Below are positions 20,462-33,176 of a stretch of DNA of 64,000 nt, piece by piece (the first letter of the stretch is position 1; each line of letters opens with the position of its first letter). The position numbers and the translations under genes are program-made. The notes beneath the pieces are model-generated. The model did no database searches. It was not told the origin of the DNA and was given only the letters and a program-made list of their open reading frames with translations. Source of the stretch: an uncultured bacterium (GTDB taxonomy: Bacteria; Oederibacteriota; JAAXVQ01; JAUVAV01); NCBI GenBank assembly GCA_963710755.1, contig CAVQBK010000007.1, positions 1 through 64,000 on the forward strand. Direction: 5' to 3'.

Positions 20462-22264
20462 ATGAATACATCCATTAGCGAGGCCAATGCCGCATTGGCG
20501 GACAAGTTGACCAGCCTGGAAAAAAATCATTCTATGTTTGAAAACGAGGTGCGCAAATTAACCATTCCAGTGGCCAAGGTTTTTAATCACCAGGGACAGG
20601 TCGGTGCCTGTAGTTTTGAACCAGCGGCTGTCAAGCTCCCCCAACAGTCAGGGGAAGCGGCGGTCACGGAGGCCTTTAAAAATCTTTATCCGGTGAACAA
20701 AGATGTGGTGCTCCAAGCCGTGGTTAAACAGCCGGCTGAGGTTAAAGGCTTGCGGGTGGCGGTGTTGTTTTCCGGAGGACCGGCAGCGGGCGGGCATAAT
20801 GTGCTGGTAGGCTTGAAAAAAGCTCTGGGCGCGGATAATCACCTGTTGGGGGTCAAGAGCGGGCCCAAAGGCTTGCTGGAAGGACAATTGTTCGAAATCA
20901 CCGACCAAGCGCTGGCTTCGGTGGTCAATACAGGCGGGTTTGATTTTTTAGGTTCCGACCGAACTAAGATCAAGACAGAGGAACAGTTTGACCAAGTGAA
21001 AAAAACCTGCCGCAACCATCGTCTCAATGCCCTGGTGGTCATTGGCGGTGATGATTCCAACACCAATGCAGCCATGCTGGCCGAAATTCTTTACAGCCAG
21101 ATTCATGCGGATGGCCGTGGGGTGCAGGTTATCGGTGTGCCCAAGACCATCGACGGTGATTTGCAGGTGGGCACGCTGCTGCCGATCTCCTTTGGGTTTG
21201 ATACGGCCACTAAAATCTATGCCGAGATGGTGGGAAATATTCTGCAGGATACGCCTTCGTCGAGGAAGTACTGGCATTTCATCAAATTAATGGGACGCAG
21301 TGCCAGTCACGTTGCCTTGGAAGTGGCTCTGCAAACCAGGCCGGCCGTCACCCTGATTTCCGAAGAAGTGGAAGCACGAGGCATGTCATTGGCGCAGGTG
21401 GTGGACATTATTTGCCAGGCCGTGGTACAGCGTGCGGCCAAAGGGATCAACCACGGCGTGGTGCTGATTCCCGAAGGCCTGATTGAATTCATTCCGGAAA
21501 TGAAAGGCTTAATCGCAGAATTGAATGAAGTCATGGCTGACCATAAAAAGGCCTTGGAAAATTATGCCTTGCTTAAAGAGAAGAAAGATTTTATTTACGG
21601 AAAGATTTCTGCGGCTGCGGCCAAATTGATGGCATCACTGCCCGACGAGTTTGAAGAAATGTTGTTGCTGGACCGCGATTCGCACGGTAATCTACAGGTA
21701 TCTCAGATTCCCACGGAAAAATTGCTAATAGAAATGACCAAGAACCGATTGAAGGAAATGCGCACCGAACCGGAGGTCTTTTTTGGCACCGATAAAATTA
21801 ATTTATCGGACGATGAAATTGCCCGCTTTGTTAAATCTAAATTTTCCTCCAACAATCACTTTTTCGGATACGAGGGGCGTTGCGGCGCGCCCAGCCGTTT
21901 TGACGGCAGCTTTACCTACAATTTAGGGTTAGCGGCCGGTTCCATTATCCTGAGCGGCAAAACCGGATATATGGTTACTGTCACCGACTTTCAAAACGGC
22001 GGGGAAGCCTATGCCATCCCTCTGACCGGATTGATCAACAGCGAACGCCGGCACGGCAAAGATGAATTGGTGATCGAGAAAGCTTTGGTCAAAATCGATT
22101 CCCCGGCGTTTAAATATTTTGAAGAAAACCGGGGGCGTTGGGCTCAGGAAGATTGTTTCTCATCCCCTGGGCCAAGACAATTTTGGGGCCCAACGGCCAA
22201 TCAAATGCCCATGTTGGTGGCGTTGAACCAGGGCTATGAAACCTTGAATTTTAATTTGGGGTAA
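20462..22264 (+). CDS. pfp: Pyrophosphate-dependent phosphofructokinase (long clade)
   Basis: SGGPAAGGHNV, GGDDSNTNA, PKTIDGD, MGRSASH, GYEGRC. Confidence 0.92.
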   Translation: MNTSISEANAALADKLTSLEKNHSMFENEVRKLTIPVAKVFNHQGQVGACSFEPAAVKLPQQSGEAAVTEAFKNLYPVNKDVVLQAVVKQPAEVKGLRVAVLFSGGPAAGGHNVLVGLKKALGADNHLLGVKSGPKGLLEGQLFEITDQALASVVNTGGFDFLGSDRTKIKTEEQFDQVKKTCRNHRLNALVVIGGDDSNTNAAMLAEILYSQIHADGRGVQVIGVPKTIDGDLQVGTLLPISFGFDTATKIYAEMVGNILQDTPSSRKYWHFIKLMGRSASHVALEVALQTRPAVTLISEEVEARGMSLAQVVDIICQAVVQRAAKGINHGVVLIPEGLIEFIPEMKGLIAELNEVMADHKKALENYALLKEKKDFIYGKISAAAAKLMASLPDEFEEMLLLDRDSHGNLQVSQIPTEKLLIEMTKNRLKEMRTEPEVFFGTDKINLSDDEIARFVKSKFSSNNHFFGYEGRCGAPSRFDGSFTYNLGLAAGSIILSGKTGYMVTVTDFQNGGEAYAIPLTGLINSERRHGKDELVIEKALVKIDSPAFKYFEENRGRWAQEDCFSSPGPRQFWGPTANQMPMLVALNQGYETLNFNLG

Positions 22265-22268
22265 GTCT

Positions 22269-25200
22269 TTATGGCTCGATATTGGCTTTGGCGGTATGAA
22301 GGTGGAAGTGCTGTTCCAAATAATCCGCCAAATGCTCAAATTCTTTCTTGGTGATCAGAAAGGCCTCTGTCAGTTCCATGAGGCTCGCCTCTTTTTTGGC
22401 TTGACCTTCAAGCACCCCGGCCGCCTCATGCAGGCGTTCGCAGGAAAGATTGGCGGAGGTCCCTTTGAGAGTGTGCGCTTCTTTGGAGATGGCCGGGTAA
22501 TTTCCGTCTTTTAAATTATTCTCCAACTGATCCAAGCTCAATTTACCTTGTGCGATAAAAGAGGTCAGGAGATCAAAGAGCAAGGCTTGATTCCCGTCTA
22601 CACGATCGAGGGCGCTGTCTTGGTTCAATATAGCGGGTCCGGGTGTATCGGGCGAATCCTCTTGAGATTCTCCGGCAAGGGGGCGAGGTTGACCCTCTCC
22701 GGGATCAGAAGACTTTTTTGCTTCCAGACCAGGTTCGGCGATGACCTCATCCTGATCGGGCTCTTGCAGAACTTCCGGCTTGTTACTTATACCTACATTT
22801 TGGCCGTCCAGGCTGTATGAACTAAGTAAATTAAACAGATCCTGACGGTTGATGGGTTTGGACAGGTAGTTGTCCATGCCGGCCTTTAAACACCGTTCAC
22901 GATCGCCTTTCAAAGCATGGGCGGTCATGGCGATGATAGGCGTATGTTGCCCAGTGGACTCCTCCCTTTGTCTGATGCGACGGGTGGCTTCAAGACCATC
23001 GAGCACGGGCATTTGCACATCCATGAGGATGATGTCATATTTTTTTTGCGCCGACATCTGCAGTGCTTCCTCGCCATCCTGGGCCTCGTCGACCATAGCT
23101 CCCCGTTTGGCCAGCAGGGCCAGAATTAATTGGCGGTTAATGGCGTTGTCCTCCACCACCAGCAGGGAGAGGGGATGGTGATCCATACTATCCTGGAAGG
23201 TCTGATCCTCGGGCGGGGTGAGATTGGGAATACCGGATTTTTCCCCCTTCAGGGCCGCAGTCAACACATCATGAAGATTGTTTTTCCGTATGGGTTTGGT
23301 CAGGATGCCGCTTATACCCAGATCCTGATGATTGATATCCTCCAAACGCCGAATGCTCGAGGTGGCAAAAACAATTTTGGGTGGATGAAGCAGGCGCTTT
23401 TCTTTGAGCGCGCGCGCCACTTGGATCCCGTCCATGTCGGGCATCAGCACATCGAGCAGGATGATGTCAAAATAGAGTTCTTTACGTAAGTCTGCCTCGA
23501 TCTGATTGAGCGCTTCCGGACCATTTTTAGCCTCCACAACTTCCATATCCCAACCGCTCAGGCGTTCCATTAATATTTGCCGATTGACCTCGTTGTCGTC
23601 GACAATTAGAGCCCGGCGATGTTTTAAGATTGGATCCACCTCATAAGGGGTGACCAGGGCAGTCTCCCTTAAGGTGAAGGGCAGGGAAAATTTAAAGGTC
23701 GACCCATGGTTGATCTGGCTGGTAACGGTGATTTGTCCCCCCATTAATTCCACCAGCTGTTTGGTAATGGAGAGGCCCAGCCCTGTGCCACCATAGCGGC
23801 GCGTGGTAGAGGAATCTGCTTGCCGGAAAGATTCAAAGATAACATTATACTTATCTTCAGGAATGCCAATGCCCGAATCATTGACCGCGAAACTAAGAAT
23901 GGCTTTGTTTTTATCCTGAACCTCGTCTTCCACCATCACGACGATTTGTCCTTCGGGTGTAAATTTAATGGCATTGCCGATCAGATTGACCAGAATTTGG
24001 CGCAAACGGCTGGGGTCGCCGATGACATTGTTAGGCACGGTGGGGCTGACACGGCAAATCAACTCCAGATTTTTTTCGGCGGCTTTGGTGGCCAGGGTTT
24101 CCACCGAGGTTTCGACCACCGTAGCCAGATCAAAATCAATGTCATCCAAAGCAAAATGACCGGCTTCGATTTTGGAGAAATCAAGAATGTCATTGATTAA
24201 GCTCAGCAGGGATTCTGCGGCGGTCAGGGATTTGTTCAGGTAATCCCGCTGTTCCGGGGCGAGCGTGGTGTCGAGTACCAGTTGCACCATGCCGATCACG
24301 GCATTCATGGGGGTGCGGATTTCGTGGCTCATGTTGGCCAGAAATTCAGTCTTGGCCAGGCTGGCCTGTTCGGCCATCACGGCCAATTCATTGGCTTGAC
24401 GGACGGCTTCTGCCAGCAGTTTATTGGCCCGCTCTGCTTCTTGTCGGGTTTCATAGAGCTCGGATGTGTCCACAAAAGCTTCCAGCAGGACTTCCTCATC
24501 ATTGAGCCGGATCGGCAATACCGTTTTCAGGATCGGCAGCTGGCGGCCGGTGGTTTGTTTAAGGAAACACTCTTTGGTAAACAGTTTGCTGCTTGTTCCC
24601 AAGATAGGACAGCTGTCTTTGGGGCAGCTATCGAAAATTTCATGACACTTAAGATGCTGGATTTCTTCCAGGGACTGGGCACCCAACATGGCCATAGCCG
24701 CTGCATTGACCTGCTGGATTTTATGGTCGCGGTTCACGATGATAATTCCGAAAGGTAATTTCTCCAAAATGGTCTTGGGCGTGTCGAGGGCTATTTTTAA
24801 CTGTTCTTCGGTGTTTTTCCGCTGTATGGCATTGGCAATATTGCCGGCCAGGGAGATAAGGAGGGTTTCTTCGTTTTTAGACCATTGATGCATGGCGTGG
24901 CAGTCATCGAATGCAATGAATCCCCAAAAATGGTTTTCCACGTGGATGGGCATGACCAGCATGGAATTGATGTTCTGTGCCAGTAGCGTGGTTTGCTCCG
25001 ACGCGGGAAAGTCCCGCACTATGCCATGTATGATGTTTCCTGATAACAAAGCGTAGTACCAACGGCTGAAATTAGGCAGATAGGGTGTTAATTTGGAATC
25101 ATGATAACTTATGGGCGGCGTGATGCTTTCGTGATGCCACTCGAAAATCCGGCTGAAGTAGGTCTCTCCACTCTCAGGATCGGTGATGTTCTGACAAATA

Positions 25201-25586
25201 TAAGTACGGTCAAATCCGGTAATTCTGCCAATGGTGGCAATAATTTCGCTGATGGCCGTCAAATAGTCTTCATTGTTAAAAACGGTCAGCAAGCGATTGC
25301 GTGCTTCCATGATCCCCTGCAACAAAGCGTCTTGGCGGCGACGCTCACGGTCGATCTCGATATTGTCGGCGATCTCTTTTTTCATGATGGCCCGCAGCGA
25401 AGCGAAGTTCTCATTCAATTCATTTTGAAAATCAAGCAGTAGCTGATGATCCTGTTTAGGATCATCGGCCGGGCTTTGTCGCTTGCGATAAAGCAGCAGA
25501 GCATTCAGGGAAAAAAGAATGCTTACACCCAGACAGGCGATGCTAATGACCAAAAATAAAGCATCCATAGAACGTGTTATCCTCAT
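22269..25586 (-). CDS. Hybrid sensor kinase (TM-GAF-PAS-HisKA-HATPase-REC-REC-HPt)
   Basis: [21 protein letters not shown], two receiver domains, HPt AHTLKG. Confidence 0.94.
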   Translation of the reverse strand: MRITRSMDALFLVISIACLGVSILFSLNALLLYRKRQSPADDPKQDHQLLLDFQNELNENFASLRAIMKKEIADNIEIDRERRRQDALLQGIMEARNRLLTVFNNEDYLTAISEIIATIGRITGFDRTYICQNITDPESGETYFSRIFEWHHESITPPISYHDSKLTPYLPNFSRWYYALLSGNIIHGIVRDFPASEQTTLLAQNINSMLVMPIHVENHFWGFIAFDDCHAMHQWSKNEETLLISLAGNIANAIQRKNTEEQLKIALDTPKTILEKLPFGIIIVNRDHKIQQVNAAAMAMLGAQSLEEIQHLKCHEIFDSCPKDSCPILGTSSKLFTKECFLKQTTGRQLPILKTVLPIRLNDEEVLLEAFVDTSELYETRQEAERANKLLAEAVRQANELAVMAEQASLAKTEFLANMSHEIRTPMNAVIGMVQLVLDTTLAPEQRDYLNKSLTAAESLLSLINDILDFSKIEAGHFALDDIDFDLATVVETSVETLATKAAEKNLELICRVSPTVPNNVIGDPSRLRQILVNLIGNAIKFTPEGQIVVMVEDEVQDKNKAILSFAVNDSGIGIPEDKYNVIFESFRQADSSTTRRYGGTGLGLSITKQLVELMGGQITVTSQINHGSTFKFSLPFTLRETALVTPYEVDPILKHRRALIVDDNEVNRQILMERLSGWDMEVVEAKNGPEALNQIEADLRKELYFDIILLDVLMPDMDGIQVARALKEKRLLHPPKIVFATSSIRRLEDINHQDLGISGILTKPIRKNNLHDVLTAALKGEKSGIPNLTPPEDQTFQDSMDHHPLSLLVVEDNAINRQLILALLAKRGAMVDEAQDGEEALQMSAQKKYDIILMDVQMPVLDGLEATRRIRQREESTGQHTPIIAMTAHALKGDRERCLKAGMDNYLSKPINRQDLFNLLSSYSLDGQNVGISNKPEVLQEPDQDEVIAEPGLEAKKSSDPGEGQPRPLAGESQEDSPDTPGPAILNQDSALDRVDGNQALLFDLLTSFIAQGKLSLDQLENNLKDGNYPAISKEAHTLKGTSANLSCERLHEAAGVLEGQAKKEASLMELTEAFLITKKEFEHLADYLEQHFHLHTAKANIEP

Positions 25587-25695
25587 AATTCATTAGTGAA
25601 CAGCTGTAGTAATAGTCTCGGGCAAAGTCTCTAAAACGTGATAGCTGAGAGACAAAAAAAGCCGCGACCGATACCGCGGAAACGATAAAAAGACC

Positions 25696-25724
25696 TTGCA
25701 TTCCAAAGGGAGGGACGCTAAAAT
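25696..25724 (+). promoter_or_regulatory. Putative sigma-70 promoter of eno
   Basis: TTGCAT-17 nt-TAAAAT. Confidence 0.5.
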
Positions 25725-25812
25725 ACCCGCGGTTTTAAAAGGAAAAATAAAGGCCATGCAGTTCCAGGCATATACAGATCTGCAGATTAATCATTTCGGG
25801 GAGGGTTGTTAA

Positions 25813-27090
<1,278 letters not shown>

Positions 27091-27138
27091 ATAATTTACC
27101 ACACCGCAGCTTGGTGTGGGGGCGGTGCGCGCGATAAG

Positions 27139-27172
27139 CAAGGGCGGGAGAACGTTCTCCCGCCCTTTTTTT
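27139..27172 (+). terminator. Rho-independent terminator of eno
   Basis: aagggcgggagaa-cg-ttctcccgccctt followed by a T run. Confidence 0.9.
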
Positions 27173-27218
27173 ATTTGGAAAAACACGTGGGGAAGACGGC
27201 AACGTTGTACGTTCTATT

Positions 27219-28010
27219 TTATCGGCAGGCTTCTTTCCATTGCCGAAGGAAGTTTAACAACTCTTCCGGTGGTTTGAGCCAAAATTGTGCTTTGGTTTCA
27301 CGCCATTGTTTGCGCACCAGTATGCCCGTGCCAATGCCATCCAGAGCCGCAAAGGCGTCTTCGTCGGTGCGATCGTCTCCCAAATAAACGGCTTTGCTTT
27401 TTTCTGGAGCTTCCTGCAAAATGGCTTTTACCGAGGTGCCTTTATCGCGTCCCTTAACACGCAGTTCCAAACCACCATCAAAGTTCTGCAATTCCAAGAC
27501 TTCATGCTGTGCATAAGGCGCACATACCCGGCGGGCATGCTCCTGATAGACTGCTTTGGTTTCGTCGCTTAATCCCCGCCAATGCACCGCAATGGATGCT
27601 GACTTGATATCCAATTTTTCGGCTGGGATTTTAGACTTGAACTGTTGTTCCACGTTTTTCAAGATCTGAGCCGTATCGCCTGGCAAAGGAAAGGTTTCGG
27701 TCTTGCCTTCAAGCGTTAATCGTTCCCATCCGTGGGCTCCCCAAATCTCCGGGGGTGACGGCATGTCCAGGAGGGGGAGGATTTCCTGGAGAGGCCGTCC
27801 GGTAATAATGATCACCTTGCCCTGCGGACAAGCCATAATCTCTTTCAAGAGGTCCGTTACCCCGGGGTAAGGATAGGCCTGAAAGCGATCCTCTACAAAA
27901 GGGGAAAGGGTTCCATCAAAGTCCAGTAGCAGCAGCTTGTAGGGCGCTGCTGTCAGATCCTGGAAAAAGATGGAATCGGGATAGGTCAACGTGTTTTCCT
28001 GATGGGTCAT
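27219..28010 (-). CDS. otsB: Trehalose-6-phosphate phosphatase (HAD IIB)
   Basis: LLDFDGTL, ITGR, GAHGWE, DKG, YLGDDRTDEDAF. Confidence 0.88.
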   Translation of the reverse strand: MTHQENTLTYPDSIFFQDLTAAPYKLLLLDFDGTLSPFVEDRFQAYPYPGVTDLLKEIMACPQGKVIIITGRPLQEILPLLDMPSPPEIWGAHGWERLTLEGKTETFPLPGDTAQILKNVEQQFKSKIPAEKLDIKSASIAVHWRGLSDETKAVYQEHARRVCAPYAQHEVLELQNFDGGLELRVKGRDKGTSVKAILQEAPEKSKAVYLGDDRTDEDAFAALDGIGTGILVRKQWRETKAQFWLKPPEELLNFLRQWKEACR

Positions 28011-28060
28011 GAGGCCTCCTCGTAGTAGCAGGTTATAAATATTATGGGTTGCCTGACACT

Positions 28061-29302
28061 TTAACTGGTGAAAAGGCTTGATTGATCAATGTTGCCCTTA
28101 AGCGCGAACATCAAGGTCATGTACTCGCGCAAATGACGGGTTAGCAGAAAGTTATCACGCACAAATTCCCTGCAGGTAAGACCCATTTTTTGAATCAACT
28201 CAGGCTGGCTGAGCAAATACCGGATACGATGGGCCGCACCTTCCGGGGTATTGACCAGAAACCCGGTATGATGATTGAACACCTGCAGTTTGATACCGCC
28301 TGTATCACCACCGATAACCGGACACTGCTTCCACATCGCTTCCGTAACCGTCAATCCAAAACCCTCCTTGAGGGACTTTTGCAGGACAATATCTGCCAGT
28401 CGCTGCAAGGCATTAATGGTGACATGGGCGTCACTGGGAAGCAGCAATACATGAATATCAGGATCATTGGCAGCTGCGGCCTGTACTTCCTGAAGGACCA
28501 CCATACCTTCGGGATCATCGGTGGCACCACCACCGGCCAGCACCAGTTGGACCGGCACGTAAGGCTTAACCAGGCGATAGGCCTGGATCACGCCAATGGG
28601 ATCCTTAAAACGGTCAAAACGGGATACCTGCACCAGCACGGGACGATTAGGATCAAGATTAAAACGTTGGCGCACACTTTCCCGTTCCTCTATGGATAAA
28701 TCACGGTTTTTGTCACTAAGCGGATTGATACTGGGGGCGATGATAAACTGCGGATGGGGAAGCATCTGTGCGAATTGAGGCATGGAAAAGATGCTGACAT
28801 CATAAGATGAGGCCAAGCCCCGCAGATATTTCCAGAGCAGACGGGAAGGATGAGATACATCAATGTGGCAGCGCCATATCCATTTGCCCTTGCGACGGGG
28901 GCAAAGATCAAGCAGTTTCAACGGTTGCGGATCGTGGATAAAAACAAAGTCAGCTTTCTCTAAATCATTCCGCAATCGTTCAGCATTATGGGCTTGCGTG
29001 TCTTCATAAACTTTTTGCTCCATGGCGGTTAAATCACTATGATACCCCTGCAAGCCGTTATGGATTTTTTTAGTTACATTGAAAAAGGACTCGTGGCCTT
29101 CGATGATTTCCCAACTGGCCTGGATGCCCAGCTCTTGCATGAGCGGTACCAACCAATCCAGAATTTCAGCCACCCCCCCGCCTATGCGTGTGGAATTGAC
29201 ATGCACCACGCGGGCCCCGGCGAGATTGTTGGCCAGCTGATGGAGCTGGTCCATGACGGCCCGCCCCACGATTTTTTCGAGGGAGTCCAGCGATATGCTC
29301 AT
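28061..29302 (-). CDS. treT: Trehalose synthase TreT-like GT4 glycosyltransferase
   Basis: HVNST..GGGVAEIL, IHDPQP, WRCHID, QVSRFDRFKDP, EGFGLTVTEAMWK. Confidence 0.85.
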   Translation of the reverse strand: MSISLDSLEKIVGRAVMDQLHQLANNLAGARVVHVNSTRIGGGVAEILDWLVPLMQELGIQASWEIIEGHESFFNVTKKIHNGLQGYHSDLTAMEQKVYEDTQAHNAERLRNDLEKADFVFIHDPQPLKLLDLCPRRKGKWIWRCHIDVSHPSRLLWKYLRGLASSYDVSIFSMPQFAQMLPHPQFIIAPSINPLSDKNRDLSIEERESVRQRFNLDPNRPVLVQVSRFDRFKDPIGVIQAYRLVKPYVPVQLVLAGGGATDDPEGMVVLQEVQAAAANDPDIHVLLLPSDAHVTINALQRLADIVLQKSLKEGFGLTVTEAMWKQCPVIGGDTGGIKLQVFNHHTGFLVNTPEGAAHRIRYLLSQPELIQKMGLTCREFVRDNFLLTRHLREYMTLMFALKGNIDQSSLFTS

Positions 29303-29964
29303 ACAGGGCCTCCTTCCAGCAGGACATGGGAGATGCCTTTGATCAGATGCTGCTGCAAATCGCGTAAACTCATGAAATTAAAATCAAGCTGCTTTAAATA
29401 TTGGATGACCCTTGAGCTTTTTGCATCGTCAAACTGTCCCAGCCACGCTGTGAAATCATCGAGTCCTTTGGGATCCCGACGCCGGGCCTCTAAAAAATGA
29501 TAATACAGGCTGCTGGTAGTCATGCGCTTGATGGCACGAGGTATTTCTTCCACCTTTTTAATTTTTATGTTGGTGTTAAAGACAATGGTTACGGCCTGTT
29601 GGAAACGGAATTCAAACCCCCGTCGGACCCAGGGAATATATTCCACCTCATGCAGGCGTTCGTCGATGATGTCCAGGACTTCCATGCGCAATTCATCAAT
29701 GTTGGTGAAATCATAAGGATTGATTAGGCCCAGACGTTCAGCCAGAGATGAGTCGTGGAGGTTGTGGTTGGCCCAGACGGCAATGTCGTTTCGGTATTCA
29801 GGATCATCAAAGGTGGCGCGCAGCAAGGTTTCATAGAAATGATGGTAAAGGGATTCGTTGGAACAGTGGGCCAGGCCCTCCCGTAATTCCCGCAAATTCA
29901 TGGAGGGCATCTGATCGCCCATGCGAACAATCAGGGCACAATCTTTGACAGCGAATGTTTTCAT
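29299..29964 (-). CDS. DUF5752-like protein (TreT-associated)
   Basis: Two SLYHHF/SLYYHF..D(I/F) repeats; overlaps treT start. Confidence 0.75.
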   Translation of the reverse strand: MKTFAVKDCALIVRMGDQMPSMNLRELREGLAHCSNESLYHHFYETLLRATFDDPEYRNDIAVWANHNLHDSSLAERLGLINPYDFTNIDELRMEVLDIIDERLHEVEYIPWVRRGFEFRFQQAVTIVFNTNIKIKKVEEIPRAIKRMTTSSLYYHFLEARRRDPKGLDDFTAWLGQFDDAKSSRVIQYLKQLDFNFMSLRDLQQHLIKGISHVLLEGGPV

Positions 29965-30176
29965 TGTGGGCACTCCTGTCCGCCTGACGTTAGACGTACT
30001 ATACAATTAACGGCAAATCCTGTCGAGCTTAAATAGAGTTGTCGGTAAGCCACATTTAATGTGTCTGGCTTTATTCCCTCATTTCAATACGGGGATGAAG
30101 CGGAAAAATAAACATCATTTTTCTTGCGTACCCCATGTCCAGAATCCCTGGCCGGGTATTTTCTGATTTTTCAAAA

Positions 30177-30494
30177 TCAAGCGGAAAGGGGCATTTCCTG
30201 GATGTGAGCATGGGCAATCACCATCATCTGTTGTATATGCTGATCATGGAGATGATAAAAGATAGTTTTACCCTGGCGCCGGCGCGAAACCAGCCGGGCC
30301 AAACGTAGTTGCCGCAGCTGATGGGACACAGCAGAAACGCTGTTGTTGACAGCCTGGGCCAGTGCTCCAACGCAACACTCTTTTTCCACCAGACAGCACA
30401 TGATGGCCAACCGGTGCGGATCGCTCATGGCTTTGAATAAGGCTGCCATGTCATCAATGCGGCCACTGTTCTGGACTAACCGGCTTAACTTCAT
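30177..30494 (-). CDS. ArsR/SmtB family metalloregulator
   Basis: FKAMSDPHRL, SAVSHQLRQLR, alpha5 metal site D-x-H-x10-H-x2-E. Confidence 0.92.
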   Translation of the reverse strand: MKLSRLVQNSGRIDDMAALFKAMSDPHRLAIMCCLVEKECCVGALAQAVNNSVSAVSHQLRQLRLARLVSRRRQGKTIFYHLHDQHIQQMMVIAHAHIQEMPLSA

Positions 30495-31777
30495 TCTATC
30501 ACCTCGCCTTGATAACCGGCATGGGCGATGGCGGCTAAGGCGTGTTCCAGATTGATCTGCCGGCCGTAGAGTTTTACTTCGCCCGACTCGAGTTCGATAT
30601 CCACTTTTTGTACGCCTTTGATATTTTCCAGAGCATGGCGGACATGACCGACGCAATTATTACAACTCATGCCTGTGACTTTTAAAACGGCCGCCAAGGT
30701 GACCACGGTTCGTGATTGTAGCAAGCGTTTAATCAACCCGCTTAAATCACGGAAGCCCCAATTGAGAATGAGAAAAAGCAGTGCCAGTGCGGCCACGGTG
30801 TCCAGTATTTGACGCCACCAAGCGTGCTGGATGTGTTGGTAGTTTAATAAAGGATTGAGGTTGCCCAGCCAATGTTGAAAGAGCAGGCCAAAGGCCACGG
30901 CGCCTATCACGACGGTTCCCAGATAAATGAAAGTGATTTTTTTCCCAAAACTTTTATACACGGCGCCTAAGGTGGCCGCATTGGTGGCAGGCCCGGCCAT
31001 TAAAAAAACCAGAGCCGAGCCCATAGGCAGTCCGGCATGGATCAAGGAGGCGGCAATGGGTACGGATCCGGTGGTACAAATATAAAGAGGCGTGGCAATG
31101 ATCAGCATAATGAACATCCCCAAAGGACCCTTGAGGGCAGGGTATTGCGCCAAAAGATGGCTGGGAAAGAAAACCGAGATCAAAGTGGCCAGTAAGATTC
31201 CTATGACCAGGTAAAGGTAAACGCCGCCAATGAGTTCCTCAATACTGTAATTGTAAAAAGCACGCCACTTGGATGGGGACGGGGCTGTGCTGGCGCAGGC
31301 CATACCGGGTGTACATTGATTTTCACCGGGTTGTGTTGCAGAAGTAAGAGATGTGGCGGCAATAACCTGGTGCCGTTCGCTGAATTGGGTCAAAAGTCCA
31401 CTGATCACCCCGGTGACCAAGGCGGCTAATACCTTGAACAAGGCCAAGGGCCAGCCCAAAAAGGAGGCGGTCACTAAAATGGAATCAACCCCTGTTTGGG
31501 GTGTGCTGATCAAGAAACTGACGGCTGCACCATTGTTGGCGCCGCTCTTTTTTAAACTGATGGCTGTAGGTAACACCCCGCAGGAGCAGAGTGGCAGAGG
31601 TACACCCAGGAGAGAAGTTTTAAAAATGCTGGAAAAAGACGGCTTGCCCATATGATTAACTATGAAATTTTCGGGCAGCCACAATTTTAACAGCCCGGCA
31701 ATAGCTGCACCTACAAATAACCAAAGTGATAAAGCCAAGAGAACAGACCAACAAGCGGCTATAAGTTGGGTTATCAT
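30491..31777 (-). CDS. DUF318/SO_0444-type metal efflux permease with C-terminal HMA domain
   Basis: PLPLCSCGVLP, STPQTGVDS, PLYICTTGSVP, AGPATN; HMA GMSCNNC. Confidence 0.88.
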   Translation of the reverse strand: MITQLIAACWSVLLALSLWLFVGAAIAGLLKLWLPENFIVNHMGKPSFSSIFKTSLLGVPLPLCSCGVLPTAISLKKSGANNGAAVSFLISTPQTGVDSILVTASFLGWPLALFKVLAALVTGVISGLLTQFSERHQVIAATSLTSATQPGENQCTPGMACASTAPSPSKWRAFYNYSIEELIGGVYLYLVIGILLATLISVFFPSHLLAQYPALKGPLGMFIMLIIATPLYICTTGSVPIAASLIHAGLPMGSALVFLMAGPATNAATLGAVYKSFGKKITFIYLGTVVIGAVAFGLLFQHWLGNLNPLLNYQHIQHAWWRQILDTVAALALLFLILNWGFRDLSGLIKRLLQSRTVVTLAAVLKVTGMSCNNCVGHVRHALENIKGVQKVDIELESGEVKLYGRQINLEHALAAIAHAGYQGEVIE

Positions 31778-31797
31778 AATCACACCTCGCGGAATAG

Positions 31798-31842
31798 TTG
31801 AACAACTGATCAAATAATAAAATATGACCGCCGACTTGTCAA
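31798..31842 (-). promoter_or_regulatory. Sigma-70 promoter plus SmtB-type operator
   Basis: Minus-strand TTGACA (31842-31837)-17 nt-TATTAT (31819-31814); operator TTGAACA-AC-TGATCAA at 31798-31813. Confidence 0.75.
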
Positions 31843-31999
31843 GTTGGTTTTTGAAAAGCTACCTTTGGACCTGGGGTATGGGATGCTCAGACCCGGGAAA
31901 TTAAAAAAAATGGCGAATGCTAACCAACAGAGTGGGAAAAGGACTTGAAAAGCTTTTTTACGCTGGCAGTCCCGACAGATAGATAGTGTTCTCAATATG

Positions 32000-32911
32000 C
32001 TAGCGGGTGACTTTGGCCTGCAAATGCTCGAATTTGTCAAAAGGACGCTTGTCGGTGGAAATACGGCCGTAGGTCTTAAGAATATACTGTTCTTCCGGTG
32101 TCGGTTCCAGTAAATAGGAGGTGGGGGTGAACTGGGTCAAGGAATGACCGGCTTTTCGTAATAAATCAGTGTGTGCGCACAGCCGGGCATAAGAGAATTT
32201 TTGGAGAGATACCATACGGTAGGTCCAACCCATTCCAAAAGAGGGCATATCCACGCGGGCGGTCATCACTTGCGGAAAAACGGCAGTAATGGTTTTGTAA
32301 ATGGTGGCAAAAGATTTGGGGAAAAGATTGTAATTATCGGTATGAATGGAAAGAATGCCTTTGGGTGTTAGTCGCCGCCGGCAAAGTTGATAAAATTCCT
32401 TGGTGTAAAGCATTTTTGATGGGCCGTGCGGTTCAGTCAGATCCACGATCAGCACATCAAATCGCTCGTCATGTGTTTCCAGCCATTGGCGGGCATCATT
32501 ATAAACGATTTCAATACGCGGATCACGGCGGACTTTTTTAATAACCGGATAATGACGGGTGCAAAAATCAACTACCCCCTGATCGATCTCGACCATAACA
32601 ATGCGTTTTAATGACGAATGTTTGACAGCCTCTTCCAAAGCGAAACAATCGCCGCCGCCGATGACGCAAAGACTGGCAGGCCCGGGATGAGCCAGCAGGG
32701 GCGCATCTACCAGATACTGGTGGTAGCGGTCTTCGTCTTTTTGGGATACCTGGATTTTGCCGTCAAGAAATAACATGGTTCCGAAAGTTTGGTTTTGAAA
32801 GAGTTCCATTTTTTGAAAGGGGGATTTGCCCTGGTAGAGACGCTCACCCAGATATATGTGTCCGAAATCATTGTTGACCCATTCCGTCTTTTTTACAGGA
32901 TCTTTGGCCAT
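32000..32911 (-). CDS. speE: Polyamine aminopropyltransferase (spermidine synthase family)
   Basis: SPFQK, LFLDGKIQ, IGGGD, VEID, DAR, IVDLTEPHGPS..LYTKEFY. Confidence 0.88.
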   Translation of the reverse strand: MAKDPVKKTEWVNNDFGHIYLGERLYQGKSPFQKMELFQNQTFGTMLFLDGKIQVSQKDEDRYHQYLVDAPLLAHPGPASLCVIGGGDCFALEEAVKHSSLKRIVMVEIDQGVVDFCTRHYPVIKKVRRDPRIEIVYNDARQWLETHDERFDVLIVDLTEPHGPSKMLYTKEFYQLCRRRLTPKGILSIHTDNYNLFPKSFATIYKTITAVFPQVMTARVDMPSFGMGWTYRMVSLQKFSYARLCAHTDLLRKAGHSLTQFTPTSYLLEPTPEEQYILKTYGRISTDKRPFDKFEHLQAKVTR

Positions 32912-33176
32912 GATAATCTCCTTGAAAAGAATGGCGATATTATGCCACAACCGTAAATAATCAGCTAATTTTTTCACGATCAGACTAAAAAAAAAATCTC
33001 CTTTGCGACCAATTCTGTAATAGAACTTTTAGGGGGTCATGGGGTCATAAAACCCTCGTTGTAGACTGAAAAAAGTAAGGGTAAGGGAGGATTATTTTTA
33101 CTTGTATTCAACCAGTAAGGCGGATACAATGAAACCGCTTTTGTTGGAATTAATGAAATTAGAATAGGGAGGAATT

